DNA of 32,000 bases from Nostoc punctiforme PCC 73102 (GTDB lineage Bacteria; Cyanobacteriota; Cyanobacteriia; Cyanobacteriales; Nostocaceae): contig NC_010628.1 in NCBI RefSeq assembly GCF_000020025.1, forward strand, positions 180,001-212,000. The letters run 5' to 3'. Of the stretch, positions 8,993 through 17,583 are shown in pieces. The position numbers and the translations under genes are program-made. Within the stretch, counting starts at the first letter, position 1. Each line of letters starts with the position of its first letter. The notes beneath the pieces were generated by a model. The model did no database searches and was not told the DNA's origin. It worked only from the letters and a program-made list of their open reading frames with translations.

Positions 8993-10330
8993 ATGCTCCT
9001 AGATTTAGAAAGATTTTATCAGGCTTGCAATCCGAGCAGACCTCTAATCATAGGAAACGCCAGCGATCGCAGGTACTATATTGATTTTGCTGCGGTACGG
9101 GGTGGCAAAATCATCGAAGCTTTGCAGCGCACGATCGCTCGAATATCACCGGATGAACCAACTTGTCAGCTATTTACAGGACATCTCGGCTGTGGAAAAT
9201 CAACGGAATTGTTGCGGTTGAAAGCTGAATTGGAAGCGCAGCAATTTCATGTAGTTTACTTTGAGTCTACCCATGTCTTAGAAATGGCAGATGTGGATGT
9301 GACTGATATTTTGTTGGCGATCGCAGGCCAAGTAAGTGAAAGCCTAGAAGCTATGAAAATCAGGCTCAAATCTACTTACTTTACCAAGTTGTTTGGTGAA
9401 ATTGTGGATTTTCTGCAAACACCAATTGACCTGGGGGTAGAAGCAGAGTTGTCTGTGGGAATTGCCAAAATTACAGCCAAAACTAAAGAAAGTCCCCAAT
9501 TGCGGCGGCGGTTAAGAGATTATTTAGAACCACGAACAGCAAATATTTTACAGTCAATTAATCAAGAATTGCTAGAACGTGCCACCAAGGAACTGAAAAC
9601 TAAAGGTAAAAAAGGACTGGTGGTTATTGTTGATAACCTGGATAGAGTTGCAATTCGACCTTTGCCATCGGGGCGATCGCTGCCAGAATACTTATTTATT
9701 CAGCGTGGTGAACAGTTACGCAAACTAAATTGCCATGTAGTCTACACAATTCCTTTAGCCCTGACTTTCTCCAACGATAGCGCCGAACTTCAACATCGTT
9801 TGGGGGGAGGTGTCGCACCAAAAATGTTACCGATGATACCTGTACGTCTGCGCTCTGGAGAGATTTTTCCTCAAGGGTTAGCCATGTTGCGGCAAATGGT
9901 TCTAGCTAGAGCTTTCCCAGACATTTTACCTAGCGATCGGTTAGGCTTAATTACAGAGGTGTTTGATAGTTTGGAAACCTTAGATCGGTTGTGCTTGATT
10001 AGTGGTGGTCATGTCCGTGACTTGCTAGGGTTACTGTTTGACTGTCTGCGAGAACAAGATCCACCTTTTGAGCGGGAGTGTGTTGATTTGGTGATTCAAA
10101 GACAGCGAGATTACCGAGCCAACGCTATCGATCCTCAAGAGTGGGAATTAATCTTTCAGGTGGTGCAACAGCAACGGGTGAGAGGTGATATAGAATACCA
10201 CACTTTATTGCGAAGTTTATTTGTATTTGAATACCGAGATCATCAGGGAGCTTGGTTTGCCGTCAACCCAGTTTTAGCAGAGACGGAAAAATTTAAATCA
10301 TGGTTGAACGACACCCACAAGCAGATATAA
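8993..10330 (+). CDS. P-loop ATPase (AAA+/STAND-like, no sensor repeats), partner of the downstream giant NTPase
   Basis: Walker A GHLGCGKST (nt 9179-9205). Walker B-like LVVIVDNLD (about nt 9617-9643). The ORF overlaps the next ORF by 31 nt. Confidence 0.75.
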   Translation: MLLDLERFYQACNPSRPLIIGNASDRRYYIDFAAVRGGKIIEALQRTIARISPDEPTCQLFTGHLGCGKSTELLRLKAELEAQQFHVVYFESTHVLEMADVDVTDILLAIAGQVSESLEAMKIRLKSTYFTKLFGEIVDFLQTPIDLGVEAELSVGIAKITAKTKESPQLRRRLRDYLEPRTANILQSINQELLERATKELKTKGKKGLVVIVDNLDRVAIRPLPSGRSLPEYLFIQRGEQLRKLNCHVVYTIPLALTFSNDSAELQHRLGGGVAPKMLPMIPVRLRSGEIFPQGLAMLRQMVLARAFPDILPSDRLGLITEVFDSLETLDRLCLISGGHVRDLLGLLFDCLREQDPPFERECVDLVIQRQRDYRANAIDPQEWELIFQVVQQQRVRGDIEYHTLLRSLFVFEYRDHQGAWFAVNPVLAETEKFKSWLNDTHKQI

Positions 10331-13300
10331 GAGCGGCTAATGAGCGGGCTTTACGGAGTTTGGGGAGAGCAATTGCCCTTTCTAGCGGTCAATTTTCTCT
10401 GGTTTTGGTGTGCTGCAATTATCGAGTTTTACAAGAACTTATGCTGCAAAGACTCGAAGAACTCTCTTCAGGAGTACACCATATTCAAAAGGTAATTCTG
10501 CCGCATAATGCTAGAAGTCTTTACACAAGTATTCATTTACAACTGGTAACTGAAGAGAATCCGCCATCAGCGTTGATGATTTTGGGTTTGGAGTCAGTAG
10601 ATGGAATCGACGATTTACTAAGGTCTATCAATCATATTCGTGATGAATTTCGCAAACGCCACCCATTCCCGATGATTTTGTGGGTGAATGAAGAAGTGTT
10701 GCAAAAGGTAGTCCGTTTAGCACCAGATTTTGCGAGTTGGGCGGCTACACCGATTCGGTTTGAGATGACAACTCAATCATTGCGGCAATTTTTGCAACAG
10801 GAAACGGATTCTTTATTTGCCACGGTGTTACCAAGCGATGCTGGACAACACCAACCTCCTCAAGTTGCAAAGCATTATTTCACTGTGGAGCAAGTCTGGA
10901 AAAATAGCTATGAACTCCACTTTGCTATTGGAGAGTTGCACGATCGTGGTATTACCTTAGAGCCAGAATTACACGCTAGTTTAGAGTTTGTTTTTGGTCT
11001 AGATAATTATATTAGCGATCGCATCAATACAGCTTTAAGCCATTTTCAGCAAAGCTTGCAAGTTTGGCAAAAGTTGGAAGAAATAGGGGGAGCAGGAGAG
11101 CGGGGGAGCGGGGGAGCAGGGGAGCAGGGGGATGAGAGGGTATTTTCTTCGTCTACACCTCCTAATCGCCCATCTCCTCTACTTCTGCGACAGGGAGTCT
11201 TGCTGTTTTATATTGGGCTGTGTTATTGCCGTTTAGCAGAGCAAAATCAAATAGAAAACCGTCGTCATTGGTACACAGCTAAATTTTATTTTCAGCAATG
11301 TTTGAATGTTTTACAGGTGGCTGGGCGTTTAGATATAGTTGCTGGGTTTATTAGTCAACTCGCTGAAGTTTTGCAATATCTGCAAGAGTGGGAAGAATTG
11401 CAGACTGTTGCCCAAAAGTCTCTGGAGTTGCATCAAACTTATGGTAGTCAAATTCAATTAGCTTGTGACTACGGTTTTCTGGCACAAGTGGCTGTGCAGC
11501 AGTCACGGTGGATACAGGCGAGTATATTAGCGCATGTATCGCTGCTAAAATTAGGTGAAGCGCAAAAGCACAACGATCCTTATAACTGCTTATTTCCATT
11601 ACTGCTGGCGCAAATTTACTATTTAGTGTTGGCGAAAGCACAGAGAAATTTAGGTGAGCTAGTAATCGCTCATGAATACTTAGAAAAAGCTACAAAAGAA
11701 CTGCCAGCAGCTTTAGAAAGCAGTGCCCATCAATACGATGCCCATCGTTATATTCGCTTATTGCGGACACTGCGATCGCTATACTTTGAAGAAGGTCGCT
11801 ATTTGGAAGCCTATTACATTCGCCAGAAACGGCGTTCTGTTGAGCAGCAGTACGGCTTTCGGGCTTTTATTGGTGCAGGACGCTTGCAACCCCAAAGACA
11901 GGCGACAAACCCTGCATTGATGGCACCTTCTGGGAGTAGTAGCGTTGCTTTAGAAATTGCTGCTTCTGGTCGAGAGCGTGATATTAATAACTTAATTGGG
12001 AGAATTAGCCGCGCCGATCAAAAGCTGACGGTAATTCACGGTCAATCAGGTGTAGGTAAAAGTTCTACCGTAACGGCAGGTTTAGTTCCAGCACTGCAAA
12101 ATCGAGCCATTGGCGATCAAATAGCTGTGCCTGTAGTACTGCAAGTTTACACCGATTGGGCGCGGGAGTTAGAGAAATCTTTAAGTCAGGCGATGTCTAG
12201 TGACGCATCCCTTGCCGTCTACGCTGAGATTAAGCTAGAAGCAAACATTGAAGCGGCGGAGGTTTTGCCCTACTCTCCTACACCGATCACCATCGTCAGA
12301 ATTTTACAACAACTCCAACAAAATGCTGATAACCACTTGATCACAGTTTTAATTTTTGACCAGTTTGAAGAATTTTTCTTTGGTTATAGCGATCGCAAGC
12401 AAAAGCAAGAATTTGATAAATTTATTAGTGATTGTCTGAATATCCCCTTTGTCAAAGTTATCCTTTCCTTGCGAGAAGATTACTTACATCGTTTGTTAGA
12501 TTTTAAACATCTCTCCGCACTGGAAGCGATTAATAATAATATTCTCGACAAGCATATTCGTTACCAGTTGAATAACTTTTCACCAGAATATGCTAAAGCA
12601 ATTATCCAAAAATTGACCGAGCGATCGCAGTTTAATTTAGAGCCTGCTTTAATCGATGCCTTAATCGAAGATTTATCCACAGAATTTGGAGAAGTCCGCC
12701 CAATTGAATTGCAAGTTGTGGGAGCGCAAATTCAAGATGAACGCATTACTACTCTAGAAGAATATCAGCCATATAGACCCAACAAACTTATCGAGCGATA
12801 TCTTAAAGAACTGATTAAAGACTGCGGCCCAGAAAATGAACGAGCCGCCTTACTCGTCTTATACTTATTAACAGATGAAAGTAACAACCGACCTTTTAAA
12901 ACTCGTGCTGAATTAGCGGCACAGCTAGCAGAATTAGAAGATGCCAGCAAATTAGAGTTAGTATTAGACATTTTAGTAAGCTCCGGTTTGGTAGTACTAT
13001 TCCCTGATGTACCAGAACGCTATCAACTAATTCACGATTATTTAGTAGACTTAATTCGCTACCTACAGCAACAAGAATCAAGTTTACAGGTACAACTAAA
13101 TCAGTTGCGCCATAAAGTAGAACAAAGTAAAGCTGAAATTGAGCGGCTTAAAAGCGAACTTAGCCAAAAAAAGCAGCGTTCCACATTAGCAGATTCTCAT
13201 CCCCAACAGGGATTAGATTTATTAACAGAATTGCGAGAATTACACAAGCGAGAAGAATTGAGTCAGTTACAAATTGAGCAATTACGAGCTGAATTAAAAG

Positions 13301-15450
13301 AAAAAGAATTAACAGCTAAACTTGCAGAAAGTCAAAAGAAACAAAGACTTAGCGAAGCTCAATTAAATCGTTCGTTGAAAATTGCCCTGACTGCTTCTGT
13401 TCTTGCCATATTGGGATTAAGTGTTTCCATAGTAACAGCAGTAGATAGTGAAATTAAAACCCTTAGTGCATCCAGTGAAGCCCTCTTTGCCTCACAAAAA
13501 GGTATTGATTCTTTAAAAGAAGGTTTAAGAGCGGGAAGAAAATTACAACAAATAGTTTGGGTAGATTCCTACACAAGAGAGCAAGTACAGACGGCGCTCT
13601 ATCAAGCTGTTTCTGGGTTAAGAGAATATAACCGCTTGGAGGGGCATTTATCTGGAGTAAATAATGCTACATTCAGCCCTGACCGTTCTTTAATTGCTTC
13701 AGCTAGTGCGGATACTACAATTAAACTTTGGCTTCCTGATGGTAGCTTGTTCAAAACCCTATCTGGGCATGAAGATGTAGTGAATAGCGTCAGTTTCAGC
13801 CCCGATGGTCAAATTATTGCTTCCGCTAGTCAAGACAAAACGGTGAAACTTTGGAGTCGAGAGGGTGTATTACTTGTTACTCTATTAGGGCATCAGGGTG
13901 TCGTGAATAGTGTCAGTTTTAGCCCAGATGGACAGATTATTGCTTCTGCAAGTACAGACAAGACAGTAAAACTGTGGAGTCGGGATGGTAAACTGCTCAA
14001 AACCTTGCCAGGACATGATGGTGCAGTTTTGAGTGTCGCTTGGTCAACTGATGGACAAACCATTGCTTCAGGGAGTGCAGACAAGACAGTAAAATTGTGG
14101 AGTCGGGATGGGAAGCTGCTCAAAACCTTGCAGGGACATGAGGATGCAGTTAAAAGTGTAGCTTGGTCAACCGATGGACAGACTATTGCTTCAGCTAGTT
14201 TAGACCAGACAATCAAACTGTGGAATCTAGAGGGGAAATTACTGCGAACCCTATCAGGGCATAGTGCTGGAGTTACCAGCGTCAGTTTTAGCCGTGATGG
14301 TAATACCATCGCTTCTGCAAGTACCGACGAGACAATCAAACTTTGGAGTTTTGAAGGTGTGCTGCTAGGAACCCTGAAAGGACATAATAATTGGGTTAAC
14401 AGTGTCAGTTTCAGCCCAGATGGTCGCACCCTAGCTTCTGCAAGTCGGGACAAAACTATTAAACTCTGGCATTGGGACGATGTGTTATTGCGAAAACCCA
14501 AAGCCGATAATGATGACTGGATAACTAGCATCAGTTTCAGCCCAGACGATCGCACCTTAGCAGCAGGGAGTCGAGACAAAACTATAAAACTATTCAGCCG
14601 CGAAGGTAAATTACTCCGAATACTTACAGGGCATCAAGGTCAAGTTTGGGGGGTTAGTTTCAGTCCAGATGGTCAAGCGATCGCTTCGGCTAGTAAAGAT
14701 CAAACAGTAAAGCTTTGGGGTGCTGACGGTAAACTGCTCAATACCTTACAGGGTCATAATAGTACCGTCTTGAGTGTAGCTTGGTCGCCTAATAGTCAAA
14801 TAATTGCCTCGGCTAGTAAAGATCAAACAGTAAAGCTTTGGAGTCGAGATGGTAAACTGCTCAACACCTTGCAAGGACATAAAGATGCAGTGAATTGGGT
14901 AAGTTTTAGCCCAGATGGTAAATTGCTAGCCTCAGCCAGTGATGACAAAACCGTAAAAATCTGGAGTTTAGATGGTAAATTGCTATATACCTTAATTGGT
15001 CATAGCCGCCGCGTAAATGGGGTTTCTTGGTCGCCTGATAGTCAAGTAATTGCTTCAGTTAGTATTGATAGCACAGTCCAACTTTGGAGCCGGGACGGTG
15101 GTTTACTAAATACTCTCACAGGGGATGGTGATAGTTTTATTAGTGTGAGTTTTAGCCCCGATGGTAAGACTTTAGCAGCTAGCAGTGATGACAAAATAAG
15201 AATTTGGAACCGAGAAGGGACATTACTGATCGCTTTAAAAGGCTATGAAGCTGAGTTAACCAGCGTCAGTTTCAGTCCTGACGGTAAGACTTTGGCTGCG
15301 GGTAGTGGTAACGGCACAGTGATTTTCCAGAATTTGGCAGATATCCAACTGGAAAAATTACTGGCACGGGGTTGTTATTTGCTCTATGATTATTTGCAGA
15401 CTAACCAGAAAGTGATGAAAGGCGATCGCGCCTTGTGTTCTAGTAGGTGA
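10300..15450 (+). CDS. Giant STAND-class (NACHT/nSTAND-like) NTPase with TPR-like region, coiled coil, one TM helix and 14 WD40 repeats
   Basis: 1716 aa. The N-terminal roughly 160 aa have an unassigned alpha/beta-looking pattern, followed by a helical TPR-like stretch. Walker A is GQSGVGKSS (nt 12040-12066). Walker B is VLIFDQFEEFF (nt 12346-12378). A heptad-rich K/E/Q/L segment runs about nt 13075-13370. A hydrophobic helix IALTASVLAILGLSVSIVTAV lies at about nt 13381-13443. Then come 14 repeats of the GH...SFSPDG..IASAS.DKTVKLW type. Confidence 0.85.
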   Translation: MVERHPQADIRAANERALRSLGRAIALSSGQFSLVLVCCNYRVLQELMLQRLEELSSGVHHIQKVILPHNARSLYTSIHLQLVTEENPPSALMILGLESVDGIDDLLRSINHIRDEFRKRHPFPMILWVNEEVLQKVVRLAPDFASWAATPIRFEMTTQSLRQFLQQETDSLFATVLPSDAGQHQPPQVAKHYFTVEQVWKNSYELHFAIGELHDRGITLEPELHASLEFVFGLDNYISDRINTALSHFQQSLQVWQKLEEIGGAGERGSGGAGEQGDERVFSSSTPPNRPSPLLLRQGVLLFYIGLCYCRLAEQNQIENRRHWYTAKFYFQQCLNVLQVAGRLDIVAGFISQLAEVLQYLQEWEELQTVAQKSLELHQTYGSQIQLACDYGFLAQVAVQQSRWIQASILAHVSLLKLGEAQKHNDPYNCLFPLLLAQIYYLVLAKAQRNLGELVIAHEYLEKATKELPAALESSAHQYDAHRYIRLLRTLRSLYFEEGRYLEAYYIRQKRRSVEQQYGFRAFIGAGRLQPQRQATNPALMAPSGSSSVALEIAASGRERDINNLIGRISRADQKLTVIHGQSGVGKSSTVTAGLVPALQNRAIGDQIAVPVVLQVYTDWARELEKSLSQAMSSDASLAVYAEIKLEANIEAAEVLPYSPTPITIVRILQQLQQNADNHLITVLIFDQFEEFFFGYSDRKQKQEFDKFISDCLNIPFVKVILSLREDYLHRLLDFKHLSALEAINNNILDKHIRYQLNNFSPEYAKAIIQKLTERSQFNLEPALIDALIEDLSTEFGEVRPIELQVVGAQIQDERITTLEEYQPYRPNKLIERYLKELIKDCGPENERAALLVLYLLTDESNNRPFKTRAELAAQLAELEDASKLELVLDILVSSGLVVLFPDVPERYQLIHDYLVDLIRYLQQQESSLQVQLNQLRHKVEQSKAEIERLKSELSQKKQRSTLADSHPQQGLDLLTELRELHKREELSQLQIEQLRAELKEKELTAKLAESQKKQRLSEAQLNRSLKIALTASVLAILGLSVSIVTAVDSEIKTLSASSEALFASQKGIDSLKEGLRAGRKLQQIVWVDSYTREQVQTALYQAVSGLREYNRLEGHLSGVNNATFSPDRSLIASASADTTIKLWLPDGSLFKTLSGHEDVVNSVSFSPDGQIIASASQDKTVKLWSREGVLLVTLLGHQGVVNSVSFSPDGQIIASASTDKTVKLWSRDGKLLKTLPGHDGAVLSVAWSTDGQTIASGSADKTVKLWSRDGKLLKTLQGHEDAVKSVAWSTDGQTIASASLDQTIKLWNLEGKLLRTLSGHSAGVTSVSFSRDGNTIASASTDETIKLWSFEGVLLGTLKGHNNWVNSVSFSPDGRTLASASRDKTIKLWHWDDVLLRKPKADNDDWITSISFSPDDRTLAAGSRDKTIKLFSREGKLLRILTGHQGQVWGVSFSPDGQAIASASKDQTVKLWGADGKLLNTLQGHNSTVLSVAWSPNSQIIASASKDQTVKLWSRDGKLLNTLQGHKDAVNWVSFSPDGKLLASASDDKTVKIWSLDGKLLYTLIGHSRRVNGVSWSPDSQVIASVSIDSTVQLWSRDGGLLNTLTGDGDSFISVSFSPDGKTLAASSDDKIRIWNREGTLLIALKGYEAELTSVSFSPDGKTLAAGSGNGTVIFQNLADIQLEKLLARGCYLLYDYLQTNQKVMKGDRALCSSR
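13636..15336 (+). repeat. Intragenic tandem array of 14 WD40-coding units (about 123 nt each)
   Basis: 41-aa periodicity. Long near-identical nucleotide tracts occur between units, e.g. gacaagacagtaaaa(c/t)tgtggagtcgggatgg at about 13960 and about 14083, and gctagtaaagatcaaacagtaaagctttgg at about 14690 and about 14813. Confidence 0.9.
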
Positions 15451-15564
15451 TAGCGTATTTATTTATCAAATTTACTTTTTAGTTTTACTTTTGCCTTGTT
15501 CTACTAATATGTTTACTAGTTCAATTTAATGTCTACTATTTAAAAACTAACTTTACAACATTCG

Positions 15565-16587
15565 CTAATTTACATTCATACTTTCTTCTAAAATTTTACT
15601 TATAAGTTGACCGCGAACATTACGTCCTTTTCTACTAGCAGTACCTTGATGTGTATAATAATAATATTGAGCAAACATATTTTTAGATACATCTTCTTTT
15701 TTATTTATATGTAGTTCTTCTTCTAAAGATTTTAAAGCATGAGCTAAAGTTTGCTCTTGAGGTAAATAACCATACTTGTTTTTAATTTTGATTAATTCAA
15801 CCATTAAAGTAAACAAACTAGACTTCTTTATCCACAAACTATCTGGAGGGAGATTAGACTCAATAATTAATTTAGATGCTTCGTTAAAATTATTAGACAT
15901 TAACTCTTTATTTGGATATTCATTATTATATTTTTCTACATAGGTCTTTACCTCTTTATCACTAGTAAAATAACCACCTTCTTCTATTGTTGACATAATT
16001 AGCAATACATATTCCAGGTCTTTCATACGAGAAAATTCACCTTCACTAAAGACCTCTAAACTAGTAAAAAGAGCATTATTTTCTAGAATATTTTTAGCAG
16101 TTGTGATGAACTCCCCTTCATATAATGAGTTGCTAATTTCTATTGCATTTAGTGCGTATTGTACAGAGTTGATTCTCTTAAAAACTTCTCTAATTTCACT
16201 TTCAGGAATTCTTCCTAAATCTCTAACGACAACTGTATAATCAAAAAAATCTGTTTTTTCTTGTTTAGACAATTTTTCAAACTTACTGATATTTTTGATA
16301 GTGAATTCTGGTGATGCTGTGACATATTGGTAGATTGTACTTAATCTTTGTTGACCATCTACGACAAGTGTTTTTGATGTTTGAATATCAAGATCGATTT
16401 CACCATCAGCTAGATATATTTCAGGGAAAGGAAGTTTTAATAAAATTGTTTCTATAAATTTTTCTTTATGTGCATTATTCCATACAAGCTTTCTTTGAAA
16501 AGATGGAGCAAGTATTAAAGTACCAGTTTTCATCATGTTGAATAAATCTAAAACTTTTTTATTAGTTGCAATACCATTTTTGCTCAT
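15565..16587 (-). CDS. Stand-alone DUF262 (ParB/Srx-fold, GmrS-like) protein lacking a DUF1524 nuclease domain
   Basis: FQRKLVW and VVDGQQRLSTIY motifs, followed by FKRINSVQYALNAIE. These are hallmarks of the DUF262 N-terminal domain of GmrSD-type enzymes. No H-N-H/DUF1524-like motif appears in the C-terminal half. ATG at 16587 has GGAGG 9 nt upstream. An alternative ATG lies at 16596. Confidence 0.8.
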   Translation of the reverse strand: MSKNGIATNKKVLDLFNMMKTGTLILAPSFQRKLVWNNAHKEKFIETILLKLPFPEIYLADGEIDLDIQTSKTLVVDGQQRLSTIYQYVTASPEFTIKNISKFEKLSKQEKTDFFDYTVVVRDLGRIPESEIREVFKRINSVQYALNAIEISNSLYEGEFITTAKNILENNALFTSLEVFSEGEFSRMKDLEYVLLIMSTIEEGGYFTSDKEVKTYVEKYNNEYPNKELMSNNFNEASKLIIESNLPPDSLWIKKSSLFTLMVELIKIKNKYGYLPQEQTLAHALKSLEEELHINKKEDVSKNMFAQYYYYTHQGTASRKGRNVRGQLISKILEESMNVN

Positions 16588-16588
16588 T

Positions 16589-17200
16589 TTAAACATCCTC
16601 CTGTCTCAGTTTTTTGATATTCTGCATGTGATATTTTTCAAAGAGAGCGGAATTATAATAAATACCCCCTGCTATTTTTTGGGGTGTATATTTATAAGAG
16701 ATTGATTTAAAATACTCAAACCACTCATTTGTACGAGAATATTTAAATGGAAATAAATCTGGTCTTAGCCATCCTTTAAAAAAATATTTTAAAAATTTTT
16801 TATACCTTTGTTCTTCTTTATCAGTTCTAGATACTAAACTTATGTCGAAATCATATAATTCTGACCAAAATTTTTCAAAAATTTCTCTAGATATAATAGC
16901 TATATCTATATCTGATTCTTCAGAGAACAAATTCCATAATTTACTTGGAGCTATACTAAATCCTAATTTAGCTGAACCAACCATCAATACACATTCTGGT
17001 CTTTCTTCAAAATAAGTAGCAATTTCATGCTTGAGGTCAAAATATTTACCTTCATCATCTTTAAAAACATAAGGTGTACCATGTATTATATATTTTTGAA
17101 CAATTAATTTCTCTGTTAGAGAGTAATCACGTAATGCTGCTTTGAACATATCAATCTTTTGATTAATATGGCTTTGGTCAATTATTAAAGTCTGCCACAT
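16589..17200 (-). CDS. Putative minimal Pol-beta-superfamily nucleotidyltransferase
   Basis: 203 aa. VLMVGSAKLGFSIAPSKLWNLFSEESDIDIAII fits the G-S ... D-x-D pattern (G75-S76, D97, D99) of Pol-beta-type NTases such as the MNT, CD-NTase and AbiEii/MenT classes. The stop TAA (16589-16591) is 1 nt from ATG 16587 of the DUF262 gene. The fold assignment rests on motif only. Confidence 0.5.
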   Translation of the reverse strand: MWQTLIIDQSHINQKIDMFKAALRDYSLTEKLIVQKYIIHGTPYVFKDDEGKYFDLKHEIATYFEERPECVLMVGSAKLGFSIAPSKLWNLFSEESDIDIAIISREIFEKFWSELYDFDISLVSRTDKEEQRYKKFLKYFFKGWLRPDLFPFKYSRTNEWFEYFKSISYKYTPQKIAGGIYYNSALFEKYHMQNIKKLRQEDV

Positions 17201-17414
17201 AGAGTATTTTATTTAATCAACATAACTTGAACCAAGTTTTTATAGCTAAAAATACATATACTAAATGCTAAAAATTACTAAGTCAATAAGTGTATATACC
17301 TGAATAAATAGTGATTTGATTTTTTAGCTTTGTTAGTCCGAACAAAAGACAACAGAAGTTACAAACTGTTAATAGTCACAGAATACAATCGGATAATTAA
17401 AATAGGTATTTTCA

Positions 17415-17463
17415 CAAAAAGGCGATCGCACTACATTACCAATTGCGATCAGATCGCCTTTTG
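17415..17463. other. GC-containing hairpin with flanking A/T runs (bidirectional terminator-like) at the right edge of the AT-rich cassette
   Basis: aaaaggcgatc (17418-17428) pairs with gatcgcctttt (17451-17461). The stem contains a HIP1 site. It lies between two divergent gene starts, where a terminator is not expected. Confidence 0.45.
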
Positions 17464-17583
17464 TTAACCAACCTCAAGCCGTTGTTTCAAAACTACGGCA
17501 GAAAAATCAGCCAGGACTCATAGACAAAGCTGTACATCTTGGTAGCATTGAGTGAAGTACCCGTCAGCAAGGGAGCGAGGGCG

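Noticed and set aside
10300-10330. The ATPase and the giant STAND ORF as one gene split by a sequencing or programmed frameshift
   Set aside because: Each ORF has its own ATG and its own complete Walker A/B set. There is no slippery sequence in the 31-nt overlap. I treat them as a coupled pair, but ortholog comparison is needed to exclude a fusion.
13893-14579. 228-aa ORF on the minus strand inside the WD40 region
   Set aside because: It lies antisense to a strongly supported WD40 coding array. Its periodic, low-complexity translation (…SGLKLTL…) is a by-product of the 123-nt repeat, and it has no independent signals.
15452-17220. Imperfect direct repeat flanking the NTase-DUF262 cassette (agcgtatttatttatcaa at 15452-15469 versus agagtattttatttaatcaa at 17201-17220) as att-like sites
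   Set aside because: The match needs two gaps and one mismatch in very AT-rich, low-complexity sequence. The right copy abuts the NTase start codon rather than the compositional boundary near 17400. Chance similarity cannot be excluded.
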